From a virus, in the IMG/VR virus record IMGVR_UViG_3300028024_000008, positions 89 through 64,088 of that record: a DNA stretch of 64,000 bases; one strand, 5' to 3'. The notes under the pieces were generated by a model. The model saw only the letters and a list, made by a program, of their open reading frames with translations. It ran no database searches and was not told where the DNA came from. The position numbers and the translations under genes were made by a program. Positions 17,082-27,351 of this stretch are shown piece after piece. Each line of letters begins with the position of its first letter. Positions within the stretch are counted from its first letter, which is position 1.

Positions 17082-18112
17082 CCGACCTTCCCGCACCTTT
17101 GACGAACGAAAGCCATGACGTCCGCAACCTGGATGGCTTCATGTTGAACGTCGAAAGATTGATGGCGAGCGAGCTGATGGCGCTCTCTTCCGGCGACGAG
17201 TTCAAGGCCGCAGTTGCACTTTGGTGCAGGGCTTGGAAACAAATTCCCGCAGGAAGTCTTCCAGATGATGATCGCGTCCTTGCTTCGTACTCAGGAGCTG
17301 GCAGGAAATGGAAAAAGGTTAAATCCATGGCTTTGCGCGGCTTTGTCAAATGCAATGACGGCCGCCTTTACCACCAGACGCTCTGCACCGATGTACTGCG
17401 AGCCTTTGAAAAGAAACAGGAAAGAAGGGATAGGACACAGGCAGCGACGGAAGCCAGGCGCCGCGCGGCCGAAGAACGGGAAGCATCGTCACGTCAACGC
17501 GACGACCAACGTAACGATATTCGTAACGACCATCGTAACGATGACCGTAACGTTCACGTAACGACCTCCCATAGACAGGACAGGACAGGACAGGACTATA
17601 AGAAAGAAAACAACCAGTCTGAAATTAAGACCCAGCCTAAGCCTGACACAGGGCCGGCGGGCGAGCCGCCGAAGGCTCGGGCTGAGCCGCTGCATGAGCG
17701 CTATCGGGAGGTTCAGGCCAGGGTCGAGGCGATCGCCGACAATCCGAAGCTGTTGGTCTTCGGTCGGATCGATCGTTGGCTGAAGGACGGCGCAGATCCT
17801 GAGGCCGACATCTACCCGACCATCGAGCGCCTCAAGGGGCGCTGGAGAGGCGGCAACCTCGAATTCTTCGACGGCGCCATCGCCGATTCGATCGCTGCCC
17901 GCAAGAAGCCGCTTCAGGCCGGAGCGGCATCATCCGCCGAACGCTCGGCTCAGCATCGAACGATCGCCGGGCCAGATGATTTCACCTGGGAGCTGCGCCT
18001 CGCGGCCTTTCGCACCAAAGGCACGTGGAATCCGCTCTGGGGCGCCAAACCCGATGAGCCAGGATGTCTAGCGCCGAAGCATCTGCTGGCGGGCAAAACC
18101 GATGCGGCGTGA
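17078..18112 (+). CDS. DUF1376/YdaU-like replication initiator
   Basis: FMLNVERLMASE...LWCRAWKQIPAGSLPDDDRVLA; central NDxR iteron-like repeats. Confidence 0.75.
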   Translation: MTDLPAPLTNESHDVRNLDGFMLNVERLMASELMALSSGDEFKAAVALWCRAWKQIPAGSLPDDDRVLASYSGAGRKWKKVKSMALRGFVKCNDGRLYHQTLCTDVLRAFEKKQERRDRTQAATEARRRAAEEREASSRQRDDQRNDIRNDHRNDDRNVHVTTSHRQDRTGQDYKKENNQSEIKTQPKPDTGPAGEPPKARAEPLHERYREVQARVEAIADNPKLLVFGRIDRWLKDGADPEADIYPTIERLKGRWRGGNLEFFDGAIADSIAARKKPLQAGAASSAERSAQHRTIAGPDDFTWELRLAAFRTKGTWNPLWGAKPDEPGCLAPKHLLAGKTDAA

Positions 18113-18296
18113 TCCGACGAGCCCATTGGGTGACTGGCAGAGCGATATCTGCACGCTCAGTCCGGAGCAGATCAAGGATTACCGGCGCCGCGCATTCCAT
18201 GCCGGTTTCTTCGATATCAAGCTCGATGACTACCGCCTGGCTGAAAGCGAGCGGCAGGTATTGATCAGCATCGGTCAACGCATTTGGGGGAGATGA
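18102..18296 (+). CDS. Hypothetical protein
   Basis: Overlapping start/stop tiling. Confidence 0.55.
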   Translation: MRRDPTSPLGDWQSDICTLSPEQIKDYRRRAFHAGFFDIKLDDYRLAESERQVLISIGQRIWGR

Positions 18297-18748
18297 TGAT
18301 CATGGCGAAACGCCGGCCAGAGCGGCAACCGGACGTCTGGGATGGCTGGGCCCCGACTGATGAGATGATCCTGCGTGCGGCCGCCAGCCGGCCTTTCTGG
18401 ACGTTCTGGGAGCGCGAGAAGGTCGAGAGCATCCAGGAGCTTTACGACGCCTTCACCATGCGCTGCTCGGCCCTGCTGGTGCGATCATTCGATCCGGCGC
18501 GGGTACAGCGGCGAGCTGCGCCATTCATGTCCCAGGCCGAGGAGGATATCTATGGCCGGCTGGTGCAATGGCTGCGCGATGTCCACGACGCCGGCCTCAA
18601 GCGCTATGTGCCAATGGTGCAGGGCGTGGTTGTTAACGAAGATCAATGTCCTGACGAGCACCTGTTCGGGCGCATTGTCAGCTTCCATGTGAAGATCCGG
18701 CAGGCTGAGCTTCAGCGGTATGGTATCCAGCGAAACAAGACGCGGTAG
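18284..18748 (+). CDS. Hypothetical protein in the Q (late regulator) position
   Basis: Last gene before the late promoter; function inferred from position only. Confidence 0.55.
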   Translation: MGEMMIMAKRRPERQPDVWDGWAPTDEMILRAAASRPFWTFWEREKVESIQELYDAFTMRCSALLVRSFDPARVQRRAAPFMSQAEEDIYGRLVQWLRDVHDAGLKRYVPMVQGVVVNEDQCPDEHLFGRIVSFHVKIRQAELQRYGIQRNKTR

Positions 18749-18757
18749 CACCAGATA

Positions 18758-18787
18758 TTGACAATCGATAGGGAACGGCCGTATATC
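18758..18787 (+). promoter_or_regulatory. Putative late promoter (pR'-like)
   Basis: TTGACA-18 bp-TATATC directly upstream of the packaging/head operon. Confidence 0.6.
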
Positions 18788-18837
18788 TTGTTTCGCGCTG
18801 GGCGAGCTGCGCCTAAATGCAGCCGCCGATCATCCAC

Positions 18838-18872
18838 AAAACCCCGAGCCCCATGGCCGGGGTTTTTGCTTT
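18838..18872 (+). terminator. Intrinsic terminator in the late leader (tR'-like)
   Basis: AAAACCCCG...CGGGGTTTT stem followed by a T-rich tail. Confidence 0.65.
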
Positions 18873-18884
18873 TCCGGAGATGGC

Positions 18885-19229
18885 ATGGCGAAGCGACGGC
18901 TGATCACCTTATCGAGTCGTGTCCAGCCGCTGCGTCAGCCGCTGCTGGCGCCGAAGCCGAAGCAACGCGACCCGTTCTATGGCAGCTCGGAATGGAAGAA
19001 GCTGATCGCCGAGATTGTCCAGGAGCGTGGCCGGCGCTGCCAAGCCAGTGGTTGTGGCCGGACGCATGACGCCGATGGTCGGCCGATCAGGGTGTTTGGG
19101 GACCACGATATCGAGCTCAAAGACGGCGGCGCGCCACTAGATCGCAGCAATATCAAGCTGTTATGCGGCAGCTGTCACACCCTGAAGACGAACGCAGCCC
19201 GCGCCGAACGCGCCGCCAAAGTCTGGTAA
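18885..19229 (+). CDS. Packaging-associated HNH endonuclease
   Basis: RCQ...C...DHDIELKDGGAPLDRSNIKLLCGSCHTLKT; upstream of terS. Confidence 0.9.
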   Translation: MAKRRLITLSSRVQPLRQPLLAPKPKQRDPFYGSSEWKKLIAEIVQERGRRCQASGCGRTHDADGRPIRVFGDHDIELKDGGAPLDRSNIKLLCGSCHTLKTNAARAERAAKVW

Positions 19230-19254
19230 GTGCAAGATTTCGAAGCAAAATCAA

Positions 19255-19335
19255 AGGGGTATGGGGGTTTGATTCTGCCGAACGGCTAGGGGCTGAGACC
19301 GCGTCGGTGGCACGTTCATAAAATTTTTTCCGGCG
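19255..19335. other. Candidate cos/packaging initiation region
   Basis: Noncoding gap between HNH and terS with G runs, GACCGCG and an A/T tract, as is typical of HK97-like cos phages; cut site not identifiable. Confidence 0.35.
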
Positions 19336-19387
19336 CCTGAGATTTCGGCGCGATTGCCCAAACCCCCAAAATAATCGAGCGACTTCA

Positions 19388-19840
19388 ATGACGCAGCCAA
19401 GGCGCAAGCGAGGCAGGCCAGCGTTCAAGCCGACCGCTGCGATGCGCCGGACGGTCGAGCGCATGATGGCCTGCGGCGACAGCAAGGACACGATTAGCCG
19501 AGCGATCGGCTGCAGCATCCCGACGCTGGAACAGCACTTCGAGAACGAGCTGAAAAACGGCTACGCGAAGAAGCGCCAGGAAGTGCTGAACATGATGTTC
19601 GAAGGTGCGCGTAAGGGCAATGCCGCGCTGATCAAGCGCCTCGAGGAGATGACCCGGGCGGCATTGCCCTTCGATGAGCCGGCTGCAGCAGCTGACAAGC
19701 CTGATGCCGCGGCGGCCGTTCCCCAGGGTGGTAAACCGAAGGGTAAGAAGGAACAGCAGCGGGCTGAAGCCCTGGCCGCCGGCGTCAATTCCGAATGGGG
19801 CGATGACCTGGCGCCGCTGCCGGGAACCCGGCCGAATTGA
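19388..19840 (+). CDS. terS: Terminase small subunit
   Basis: RGRPAFKPT N-terminus and HTH; coupled to terL. Confidence 0.8.
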   Translation: MTQPRRKRGRPAFKPTAAMRRTVERMMACGDSKDTISRAIGCSIPTLEQHFENELKNGYAKKRQEVLNMMFEGARKGNAALIKRLEEMTRAALPFDEPAAAADKPDAAAAVPQGGKPKGKKEQQRAEALAAGVNSEWGDDLAPLPGTRPN

Positions 19841-21549
19841 TCACCTGGACGACTGCTAGGCCTGACTGGGAACAGCGGATCATTGCCCGGGAAAGCCTTT
19901 TGCCGGACGGTCTGCCGATAGATCGGCACCGAGCAGCAAAGGCCCTTCGGATCTTCAAGCGGCTGAAGGTCTCCGATATCCCCGGGAAGCCGACGCTTGG
20001 CGAGTGCTGCCCGGAATGGATATTTGATCTCGTCTGGGTCGTCTTCGGTTGCTTCGACTCAGAACTGAAGCGCCAGCTGATCCGCCAGATCTTCGTGTTG
20101 ATCAGCAAGAAGAACGGCAAGAGCACGATCGCCGCCGGCATCATGATGACAGCGCTCATCATGAATGAGCGTGCGATGGGCGAATTCTTGATCCTGGCGC
20201 CGACCAAGGATGTCGCCGATAACAGTTTCGATCCCGCCTATGGGATGGTGATGGAGGACAGCGCACTTCTTGCGAGGTTCAAGCCCTCGAATGTAATGCG
20301 CGAGATCGTTAACCGGCTGGACGGATCGAAGTTGATCGTCAAGTCGGCCGATGCCGATGTCGTCGGCGGCACGAAGGCGACTGCGGTATTCATCGACGAG
20401 CTTTGGCTGTTCGGCAAGAAGCTGCAGGCAGCGAATATCCTGTCGGAGGCGACCGGCTCGCAGGCCTCGCGGCCGGAAGGCTTCGTCATCTATGCGACGA
20501 CGCAAAGCGACGAGCAGCCGGCGGGCGTCTTCAAGCAGAAGCTCAAATACTTCCGCGCCGTGCGCGATGGCAAGATCGATGATCCGACATCGTTGCCGCT
20601 GATCTATGAATATCCAGAGGCGATGGTCAAGGCGAAGGCCTATCAGGACCGGACAACCTGGTATATCCCAAATCCGAGCCTCGGGAAGTCTGTCGACGAA
20701 CAGTGGCTGATAACCACATTCGCGCAGAAACAGCAGGAAGGCCCGGGCGAGGCCAGCCTGTTCATTGCCAAGCATTTCAATGTCGAATCCGGCCTCGGGC
20801 TGAAATCCGACGATTGGGTCGGCGCGAACCATTGGGAAGCGGCGGCAGATGTTGCGCTCACGCTGGAAGAGCTGCTTGACCGCAGTGAGGTCGTAACGGC
20901 CGGGATCGATGGCGGCGGCCTTGATGATCTGCTCGGCCTGGCGATCCTGGGCAGGGAGCGCGACACGCGCCGCTGGCTGCTCTGGATCCATGCATGGGCT
21001 CACCCGACGGTTTTGGAGCGGCGGACCGATATCGCCACCAAACTGAAAGACTATGAGGAGAACGGCGACCTCACTCTGATCGAGGAGGTCGGTGAGGACA
21101 TCGAGGCACTGTGCCAGATACTGGACCGGGTCAATGATACCGGGCTGTTCCCAGAGAAGGACGGGATCGGCGTGGACCCGGCTGGGATCACCGAGATCGT
21201 CGATGCGCTGGAGTTGCGCGGCTTCTCTGCCGGCGGCGAGGGCGGCGAAGATGCCAACATCGTGGCGATCAGGCAGGGCTGGACGCTGACAATGACGATC
21301 AAGACCGTTGAACGGAAGCTCGCCGGCAAGAAGTTTGTTCACGGCGGGACACCGCTCATGAACTGGTGCGTCAGCAATGCCAAAGTTGTCCCGGCCGGCA
21401 ATGCGATCACGATCACGAAACAGGCGGCCGGCTCGGCGAAAATCGACCCGTTGATGGCGACCTTCGATGCCGCGGCATGCATGGCCAAGAATCCGGTGGC
21501 TGGCGGCCGCTTCATCTACAACGAGCGCGACGCAATCATCCTTGCTTGA
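19837..21549 (+). CDS. terL: Terminase large subunit
   Basis: Walker A ISKKNGKST, Walker B VFIDELW, nuclease GIDGGGLDDL and KIDPLMA. Confidence 0.95.
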   Translation: MITWTTARPDWEQRIIARESLLPDGLPIDRHRAAKALRIFKRLKVSDIPGKPTLGECCPEWIFDLVWVVFGCFDSELKRQLIRQIFVLISKKNGKSTIAAGIMMTALIMNERAMGEFLILAPTKDVADNSFDPAYGMVMEDSALLARFKPSNVMREIVNRLDGSKLIVKSADADVVGGTKATAVFIDELWLFGKKLQAANILSEATGSQASRPEGFVIYATTQSDEQPAGVFKQKLKYFRAVRDGKIDDPTSLPLIYEYPEAMVKAKAYQDRTTWYIPNPSLGKSVDEQWLITTFAQKQQEGPGEASLFIAKHFNVESGLGLKSDDWVGANHWEAAADVALTLEELLDRSEVVTAGIDGGGLDDLLGLAILGRERDTRRWLLWIHAWAHPTVLERRTDIATKLKDYEENGDLTLIEEVGEDIEALCQILDRVNDTGLFPEKDGIGVDPAGITEIVDALELRGFSAGGEGGEDANIVAIRQGWTLTMTIKTVERKLAGKKFVHGGTPLMNWCVSNAKVVPAGNAITITKQAAGSAKIDPLMATFDAAACMAKNPVAGGRFIYNERDAIILA

Positions 21550-21555
21550 GGCGAA

Positions 21556-22881
21556 ATGAGCTTCCTGAAACGACTGTTCAGCCGTGAAGCTGCAACGGGC
21601 GAGGGTGTCTCTGCGCCTGCGGCGAAGGCAGCGGCCGAGGGCGGTACATGGTCAGGTGGCACATTCTCGCTGCCGTCATTGGCCGGCTCGGTGCGGTCGC
21701 TGACCGGCGTCACCATGAACCAGGTGACGGCGCTGCAGGTCTCGACCGTCTTCGCCTGTGTTTCGATCCGGGCCGAGGATGTCGCGCGCTGCACAGCCAG
21801 GCTGTACCGACAGCTTCCGGATGGTGACAGGGCAGAGATCAGCCCGAAGCAGCATCCGATCGCCCTGTTGTTGAAGCGTCCGAACGATTTTCAGACCTGG
21901 TTCCAGTTTGTCGAACAGATGGAACTCAATTGTCTGCTGCATCAGAACGCCTATGCGGTGAAGCTCTATGACCGCCGCGGCAACATCGAAGAGGTGATCC
22001 CGATCAACCCGGCGCAGGTCATCATGATGGCCGGCCCGGATGGTCGCCTGATGTATAACGTCGCCCGGCTGGGCCTCTGGGAACAGGCGAAGCTGTCCGA
22101 TTACGGCGCGGTGATCGCCGCCGAGGACATCATCCATCTTCGCGGCCTGACCCTGAATACGTTGCTCGGCTATTCGCGGATCCAGCTGGCGCGGGAAGCG
22201 ATCGGCCTCGCCATGGCTCAGGAGCAGCAGGCGGCACGCTGGATCGGCAACGGCGCCCGGCCGTCCGGCATCCTGAAGACCGACAAGAGCTTGACGGATG
22301 AGGGCGCCAAGCGGCTCAAGAGCCTGTGGCAATCGCTGGTCGGCGGCCTCATCAATACCGGCTCGACGCCGGTGCTGGAGAACGGCCTCAGCTGGGAAAA
22401 GCTCGGCATGGATTCCGTCGACATGGAATTCGCCCAGTCCCGCAAGGATCAGATCCTGGAGATCTGCCGCTTCTTCCGGATGCCGCCGCACAAGGTCGGC
22501 ATGATGGATGGCGTCGCCAAGGCATCGCTTGCCCAGCAGGACCAGGATTACGTCAACAACACGATCATGCCGGATCTCGAGCGCTGGGAGACCAGCCTGG
22601 AGCGCACCTTTGATCTCGACCTTTCCGACTACGAGATCGATTTCGACGAGACGCAGCTCGCCCGGGCCGATGTGCAAACCCGCTACACCAACTATCGCAC
22701 CGGCATCATGAGCGGCTTCCTCAAGCAGAACGAGGCCCGCAAGGCCGAAAATCTCAAGCAGGACCCAGACGGCGACAAGTTGCTCGTTCCGTCGAGCATG
22801 GTGCCGCAGGGCAGCGACATCAATGGATCGGCCGATGATGGCGCCGGCCGGCCGCCCGCAGGTCAATCCGAGAAGGTGTGA
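21556..22881 (+). CDS. HK97-family portal protein
   Basis: GYSRIQLAREAIGL, NGARPSGIL, EICRFFRMPPHKVG. Confidence 0.95.
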   Translation: MSFLKRLFSREAATGEGVSAPAAKAAAEGGTWSGGTFSLPSLAGSVRSLTGVTMNQVTALQVSTVFACVSIRAEDVARCTARLYRQLPDGDRAEISPKQHPIALLLKRPNDFQTWFQFVEQMELNCLLHQNAYAVKLYDRRGNIEEVIPINPAQVIMMAGPDGRLMYNVARLGLWEQAKLSDYGAVIAAEDIIHLRGLTLNTLLGYSRIQLAREAIGLAMAQEQQAARWIGNGARPSGILKTDKSLTDEGAKRLKSLWQSLVGGLINTGSTPVLENGLSWEKLGMDSVDMEFAQSRKDQILEICRFFRMPPHKVGMMDGVAKASLAQQDQDYVNNTIMPDLERWETSLERTFDLDLSDYEIDFDETQLARADVQTRYTNYRTGIMSGFLKQNEARKAENLKQDPDGDKLLVPSSMVPQGSDINGSADDGAGRPPAGQSEKV

Positions 22882-22882
22882 C

Positions 22883-24166
22883 ATGAACAAGAAATTTGCC
22901 AATGCCGCCGTCGTGAAAAGCGACGGTCTCGGCGATCGCCAGATTCGTGTCCGTGCCTCGGATGCGACGGTCGATATGGTCGGCGATATCCTGATCCCGA
23001 AAGGCTGCTCGCTGCGCGGCAACACGCAGACGGTCAAGGTCTTCGCCGATCATGAATCGAAGATCGCCAATACGCTCGGCAGCGCCGAGGTCACGATCAC
23101 CGACAAGTCGGTCGATGCCGTCATCACCTTCCTGGAAAAGGGCATCAGCGATCTCGCCGATCTCGCCTGCAATCTCTACAAATCAGGCGTCCTGACCGAC
23201 GTCTCGGTTGGCTTCGATCCGGAGGAGGCGGAACCGCGCAAGGGCGGCGGCATCGTCTTCACCAAATGGAAACTCCTCGAGATCTCCTGTGTCGGCATCG
23301 GCTGCAACGACAACGCCGTGACGACCGCCAAATCGGCGGAATTCGATGGCGCGCGGTTCTGGCTGGAATCGGACGAGCATATGTCAATTGAGCAGACCGC
23401 CAGGGCCGGAGAAGTGCTCAAGGCGTGGCTTGCCGATCCGGCAACGCCGCTGGTGCTCGGGAAAGGTTTCCACCTGAAATCCACCATCGTCCAGAAGGCC
23501 GATGAAACCGATTGGCGTGTCGGCGCAGCGAGCGATCTCCCGCTTGGCGATGACGGCACCTGGGATGGACCGGCCGCCGCCAAGAAGATGCTGGATGATG
23601 CCGAAGGCGAAGACGGCAAGATCGATGCCACCAAGGCCAAACGCGGCTTCCTGGTCTATGACCTGAAGAACGCCGCAGAACGCGGCGGCTACAAGCTGCC
23701 TTTCGCCGAGCTCATCGACGGCGAGCTGAAGGCCATGCCAGGCGGTCTCCGCGCCGCGGCGTCCCGTCTTTCCGGTACCGACATCCCCGACGCAGCCAAG
23801 GAAAAGGCCCGGAGCGTCATCGACAGCTATGAGGCGAAGATGAAAAACGACAAGGCGATTGCCCGCATCAAAACGAAGCTCCTCGAGCGCCTCAAGACCA
23901 AGGGTCTCTATGACGTGGCCTATCTGGCGGAATGCCTGCAGACGCTGGGCTGGCTCCAGATGGGCGCCGAGGATGAGGCCGATTGGGAAGGCGATGATTC
24001 GCTCGTCCCCGGCATGCTCGCAAATGCGCTGCAGGCTTGTGCCGACGCCCTGGTTGCGATGGCGAAGGAAGAATCCGACGAGCTGCTGGCCGTCGCGCTC
24101 GGCAAAGCCCGGACGCAGGTTCGCACCAAGAACGCCATCACCAAACGGGCGAAACAGGTCGCCTGA
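22883..24166 (+). CDS. Prohead protease with extended C-terminal domains
   Basis: DMVGDILIPKG, FADHES, DVSVGF and LLEISCVGIGCN (S78-like); start at MNKKF. Confidence 0.85.
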   Translation: MNKKFANAAVVKSDGLGDRQIRVRASDATVDMVGDILIPKGCSLRGNTQTVKVFADHESKIANTLGSAEVTITDKSVDAVITFLEKGISDLADLACNLYKSGVLTDVSVGFDPEEAEPRKGGGIVFTKWKLLEISCVGIGCNDNAVTTAKSAEFDGARFWLESDEHMSIEQTARAGEVLKAWLADPATPLVLGKGFHLKSTIVQKADETDWRVGAASDLPLGDDGTWDGPAAAKKMLDDAEGEDGKIDATKAKRGFLVYDLKNAAERGGYKLPFAELIDGELKAMPGGLRAAASRLSGTDIPDAAKEKARSVIDSYEAKMKNDKAIARIKTKLLERLKTKGLYDVAYLAECLQTLGWLQMGAEDEADWEGDDSLVPGMLANALQACADALVAMAKEESDELLAVALGKARTQVRTKNAITKRAKQVA

Positions 24167-24258
24167 CTAATTCCGGCAGCCGCCGGGATTGCCCCTTCCG
24201 CCCTTGGGCAAGGCAGCGGCGACGCGATGTCGCCGCGTCCCCACTGAAGGAGCCTCTC

Positions 24259-25548
24259 ATGGCTAAAAACCGCGCAGAGCTGGTCGCCAAGCGCCTCCAG
24301 CTCTCCGATCGCATGAACGCGATCGCCGAGATGCCGGCGGCTGAAATGACGCCGGAAGTTACCAAGGAGTTCGACGATGCCGAGACCGAGATCAAGGGTC
24401 TCGATAAGGAAATCGACAAGCTGGATCGGGCATTCCAGGCCTCGGCCGCCAAGGCGATGCCGGTCGGCGGCGGCGCACAGCCGGCGGCGACTGTCCCGGC
24501 CCGCGCCAAGGAGAAGGATTATCCGGTCGGCCGCTATGTGAAATCCCTCTACGCCGGCGGCGGCAGCGTGCATCAGGCCGCGGACCATGCCAAGCGCACC
24601 TATGGTGATGACGACGTCGTCACCAAGGCGCTGAGCACCGCGGTTGCCGCCGATGGCGGTGCGCTCGTGCCGGAAGACTTCGCCGACCAGGTGATCGAGC
24701 TGCTGCGTCCGGCGACGGTGGTTCGTTCCAGCGGTGCCCTCACGGTGCCGATGCCGCGCGGTACCATGCGCATGCCGCGTCAGACCTCCGGTGTGACCGG
24801 CAGCTATGGTTCGGAAGGCGGTTCGCTGTCGGCCGAGCAGGCTCAGTTCGGCGATATCGTCGCGACGTTCAAGAAATTGCGCGTCCTGACGCCGATCTCG
24901 AATGATCTCCTGCGTTATGCCTCGCCGCAGACCGATCGCATCGTCCAGCAGGATATCGTCCTCGGCCTGGCCCGCACGGAAGACTTCGCCTTCCTGCGCG
25001 GTGACGGCACCCAGGATTATCCGGTCGGCCTGAAGACGATCGCCACCCGGGCCGGCAATACCGTCCCGAGCAACGGCACGCCGACCCTCGACACGGTCTC
25101 CGCGGAACTGAATAACGCGGTGCTGAAGCTGTCGCAGGCCAATATCCCGATGCTGGAGCCGGCCTGGTTCTTCCATCCCCGGACCGAGCTCTTCCTCAAG
25201 AACCTGAAGAACGCCAACGGGTTCTACGTCTACAAGGACGAGATGAGCGAAAACAAGACGCTGCTCGGCTATGCCTTCAAGAACACGACGGCGATCCCGG
25301 CCAATCTCGGCGTCGGCGGCGATGAATCGGAGATTTATTTCTCCGATATGGCGCAGATCATGATCTTCGACTCCCTCGCTCTCAGCCTCGCGATGTCGAC
25401 CGATGCCACCTATACGGCGGCGGATGGTTCCCAGCGCAACGCCTTCGAGCGCGACGAGACGCTGATGCGCGGTATCGCCGAGCATGACTTCCATGCCCGG
25501 CATGACACCGCTGTCGCCCTCATCACCGCCGTCAAGTGGAAGTTCTAA
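24259..25548 (+). CDS. HK97-fold major capsid protein
   Basis: Coiled-coil delta domain, DGGALVPEDF, EDFAFLRGDG, RDETLMRGIAEHDF; GAAGGAG RBS. Confidence 0.95.
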   Translation: MAKNRAELVAKRLQLSDRMNAIAEMPAAEMTPEVTKEFDDAETEIKGLDKEIDKLDRAFQASAAKAMPVGGGAQPAATVPARAKEKDYPVGRYVKSLYAGGGSVHQAADHAKRTYGDDDVVTKALSTAVAADGGALVPEDFADQVIELLRPATVVRSSGALTVPMPRGTMRMPRQTSGVTGSYGSEGGSLSAEQAQFGDIVATFKKLRVLTPISNDLLRYASPQTDRIVQQDIVLGLARTEDFAFLRGDGTQDYPVGLKTIATRAGNTVPSNGTPTLDTVSAELNNAVLKLSQANIPMLEPAWFFHPRTELFLKNLKNANGFYVYKDEMSENKTLLGYAFKNTTAIPANLGVGGDESEIYFSDMAQIMIFDSLALSLAMSTDATYTAADGSQRNAFERDETLMRGIAEHDFHARHDTAVALITAVKWKF

Positions 25549-25605
25549 CCGCCAGCTAACCGGATCGGGCGGTGAGAGCCGCCCATCCGAACAGAGGAGA
25601 TCATC

Positions 25606-26076
25606 ATGCAGCGGATTCTCGCTACCGATCCGGCGAGCGTGCTCAAGGCTGTCATTGCCAGCACGATCCAGGACGTCACCGCCGGCGCGACGCCGGATAA
25701 CCACAATGTCACCGGCCTCGCCATTGACCGCGAGACCATGCATTTGCCGCCGGCGGCAGTGCTGGCGGTTTATTTCGAGGCCGTGCTGGGCGCCGCCAAG
25801 ACGCTCGCCATCAAAAACGTCTCGATCCAGCACAGCGACGACGGCGCCACCAACTGGGCGACCTATCTGACCCTGACCGATCCCGGCGTTGTCGCCACCG
25901 GCCAGAGCGGCGGCTCGACCGAGCGCGGGCAGGTGCAGAACAGCGTCAACCTGTCCGGCGCCAAGCGTTGGGTCCGGACCATGTTCACGCCGGATCTCTC
26001 CGCGACCAATACCGACACCTGTGAGGTCATGAGTTCGCTCATCTTCACCGGCTTCGACACCATCCCGCACGCCTGA
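25606..26076 (+). CDS. Probable capsid decoration/accessory protein
   Basis: Strong GAGGAG RBS; beta-rich; directly after the capsid gene. Confidence 0.6.
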   Translation: MQRILATDPASVLKAVIASTIQDVTAGATPDNHNVTGLAIDRETMHLPPAAVLAVYFEAVLGAAKTLAIKNVSIQHSDDGATNWATYLTLTDPGVVATGQSGGSTERGQVQNSVNLSGAKRWVRTMFTPDLSATNTDTCEVMSSLIFTGFDTIPHA

Positions 26077-26132
26077 GGTGCGGCACCGGCCGGCGCCATC
26101 CCGGCGCCGGCATCTCTCTCCGGAGTTTCTCC

Positions 26133-26297
26133 ATGATCATCGAATTCCAGAAGACCGTTACGCCCTACGTGAAAGGTGACGTCGCCGATATCCGTGACGA
26201 TACGGCCAGGGGCCTGATCGAGAAGGGTGCCGCGAAGAGCTACCAGACCCGCGATGCCCGTCCCGCGGAGAACAAGCAGCGTCAATCCGGTCAGTAA
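26133..26297 (+). CDS. Small head-associated protein (54 aa)
   Basis: Manual translation MIIEFQKTVTPYVKGDVADIRDDTARGLIEKGAAKSY...; GGAG RBS. Confidence 0.65.
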   Translation: MIIEFQKTVTPYVKGDVADIRDDTARGLIEKGAAKSYQTRDARPAENKQRQSGQ

Positions 26298-26308
26298 GGT
26301 CCAGAACA

Positions 26309-26980
26309 ATGCGGGTCGTCAGCACGGTCCTGATAAAGGCAGGCAGTGCCGCGCTGACGACCTGGTCGGACGTCCAGCTTGAGCTCGGCCTGAAAGATGC
26401 CGATCGCGCCTGGACCGAGAAGGCAATCACCCGGGTGAGCGCGATCATCGCGCAATACTGCAACCGGGTGTTCGGCCTACAGGTCATCCAGGACGAGTTC
26501 ATCCCGGAAAACCAGCCTTTCGGCTGGCAATATCCGGACACGAAAGAGGATCTGAGGCTGAGTGCATGGCCGGTGCAGGGGGCGGCCTCGGTTGCCCTAC
26601 CGGACCGCACTTTATTGGATGGCGTCGACTATCGCCTTGACCCGAAGAGCGGCGAGCTGTTCCGGATCGATGAAGTCGGCCAGATCATCCCCTGGATCCC
26701 GCTCACGGTGACGGCGGTTTATGAGGCCGGCTACATCCTGCCGAATGACAGCGGTTATGTTGCCGGCGATGCCTCGGCGCTGCCGGCCGACATCCAGGAT
26801 GCCGCGATTTCGCTGGTGAGGGCCCGGTATTTCGCCCGTAAGCGCGATCCATTGCTGAAATCCGAGGACGTGCCGGATGTCGGCGCCGCGCAATATTGGA
26901 TCGGTTCCGTCGGCGACAAGCAGATGCCGAGCGACATCGCCTCAACCCTCGATAACTACCGTCCCGGCGTCATCGCATGA
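26309..26980 (+). CDS. Head-tail connector (adaptor)
   Basis: LTTWSDVQLEL, IAQYCNRVF and LPADIQDAAISLV. Confidence 0.8.
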   Translation: MRVVSTVLIKAGSAALTTWSDVQLELGLKDADRAWTEKAITRVSAIIAQYCNRVFGLQVIQDEFIPENQPFGWQYPDTKEDLRLSAWPVQGAASVALPDRTLLDGVDYRLDPKSGELFRIDEVGQIIPWIPLTVTAVYEAGYILPNDSGYVAGDASALPADIQDAAISLVRARYFARKRDPLLKSEDVPDVGAAQYWIGSVGDKQMPSDIASTLDNYRPGVIA

Positions 26981-27348
26981 GCCCGACCGAGGCGATCAGT
27001 ATGCTTGACCGGCAGCTGGCGAATAATGGCAAATCGGTTGCCATGAAGAAGCGCATCGGCGGCGGCCTGAGTGGCTTCGAACAGTATTTCTGCAAGGCGA
27101 TGCACCGCACCTGGACCAAGGGCCGCGGCAGCGATGAGCTCGCCGACGGCATCCAACAGCAGTTCACGCTCCTTGTTTTCTCGCCGACAGATATTCCGGC
27201 AGGGTTCGGGTCGCTTTCCGGCGGCCAGCCCTGGCCCGACGTCGGCGACATCGTCAGCGCCGATGGTCGCGACCGTGAGATAAAGGCCAGCAATCCGATC
27301 TTCATGGATGACGTGCTGGTCAGGATCAATTGTCAGCTGGTTGGCTGA
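26977..27348 (+). CDS. Head closure protein
   Basis: Position and size; WPDVGDIVSADG. Confidence 0.6.
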   Translation: MSPTEAISMLDRQLANNGKSVAMKKRIGGGLSGFEQYFCKAMHRTWTKGRGSDELADGIQQQFTLLVFSPTDIPAGFGSLSGGQPWPDVGDIVSADGRDREIKASNPIFMDDVLVRINCQLVG

Positions 27349-27351
27349 CGA

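Noticed and set aside
18772-18796. ECF (GGAAC...CGTT) promoter for the late operon
   Set aside because: No correctly spaced -10 element; the sigma70-like TTGACA fits better
23920-26070. 716-aa minus-strand ORF, and similar long shadow ORFs (848-2149, 2613-3917, 20059-21342, 21676-23037, 28358-29473, 58367-59689)
   Set aside because: Antisense to well-supported genes; expected from high-GC codon bias; no recognisable motifs
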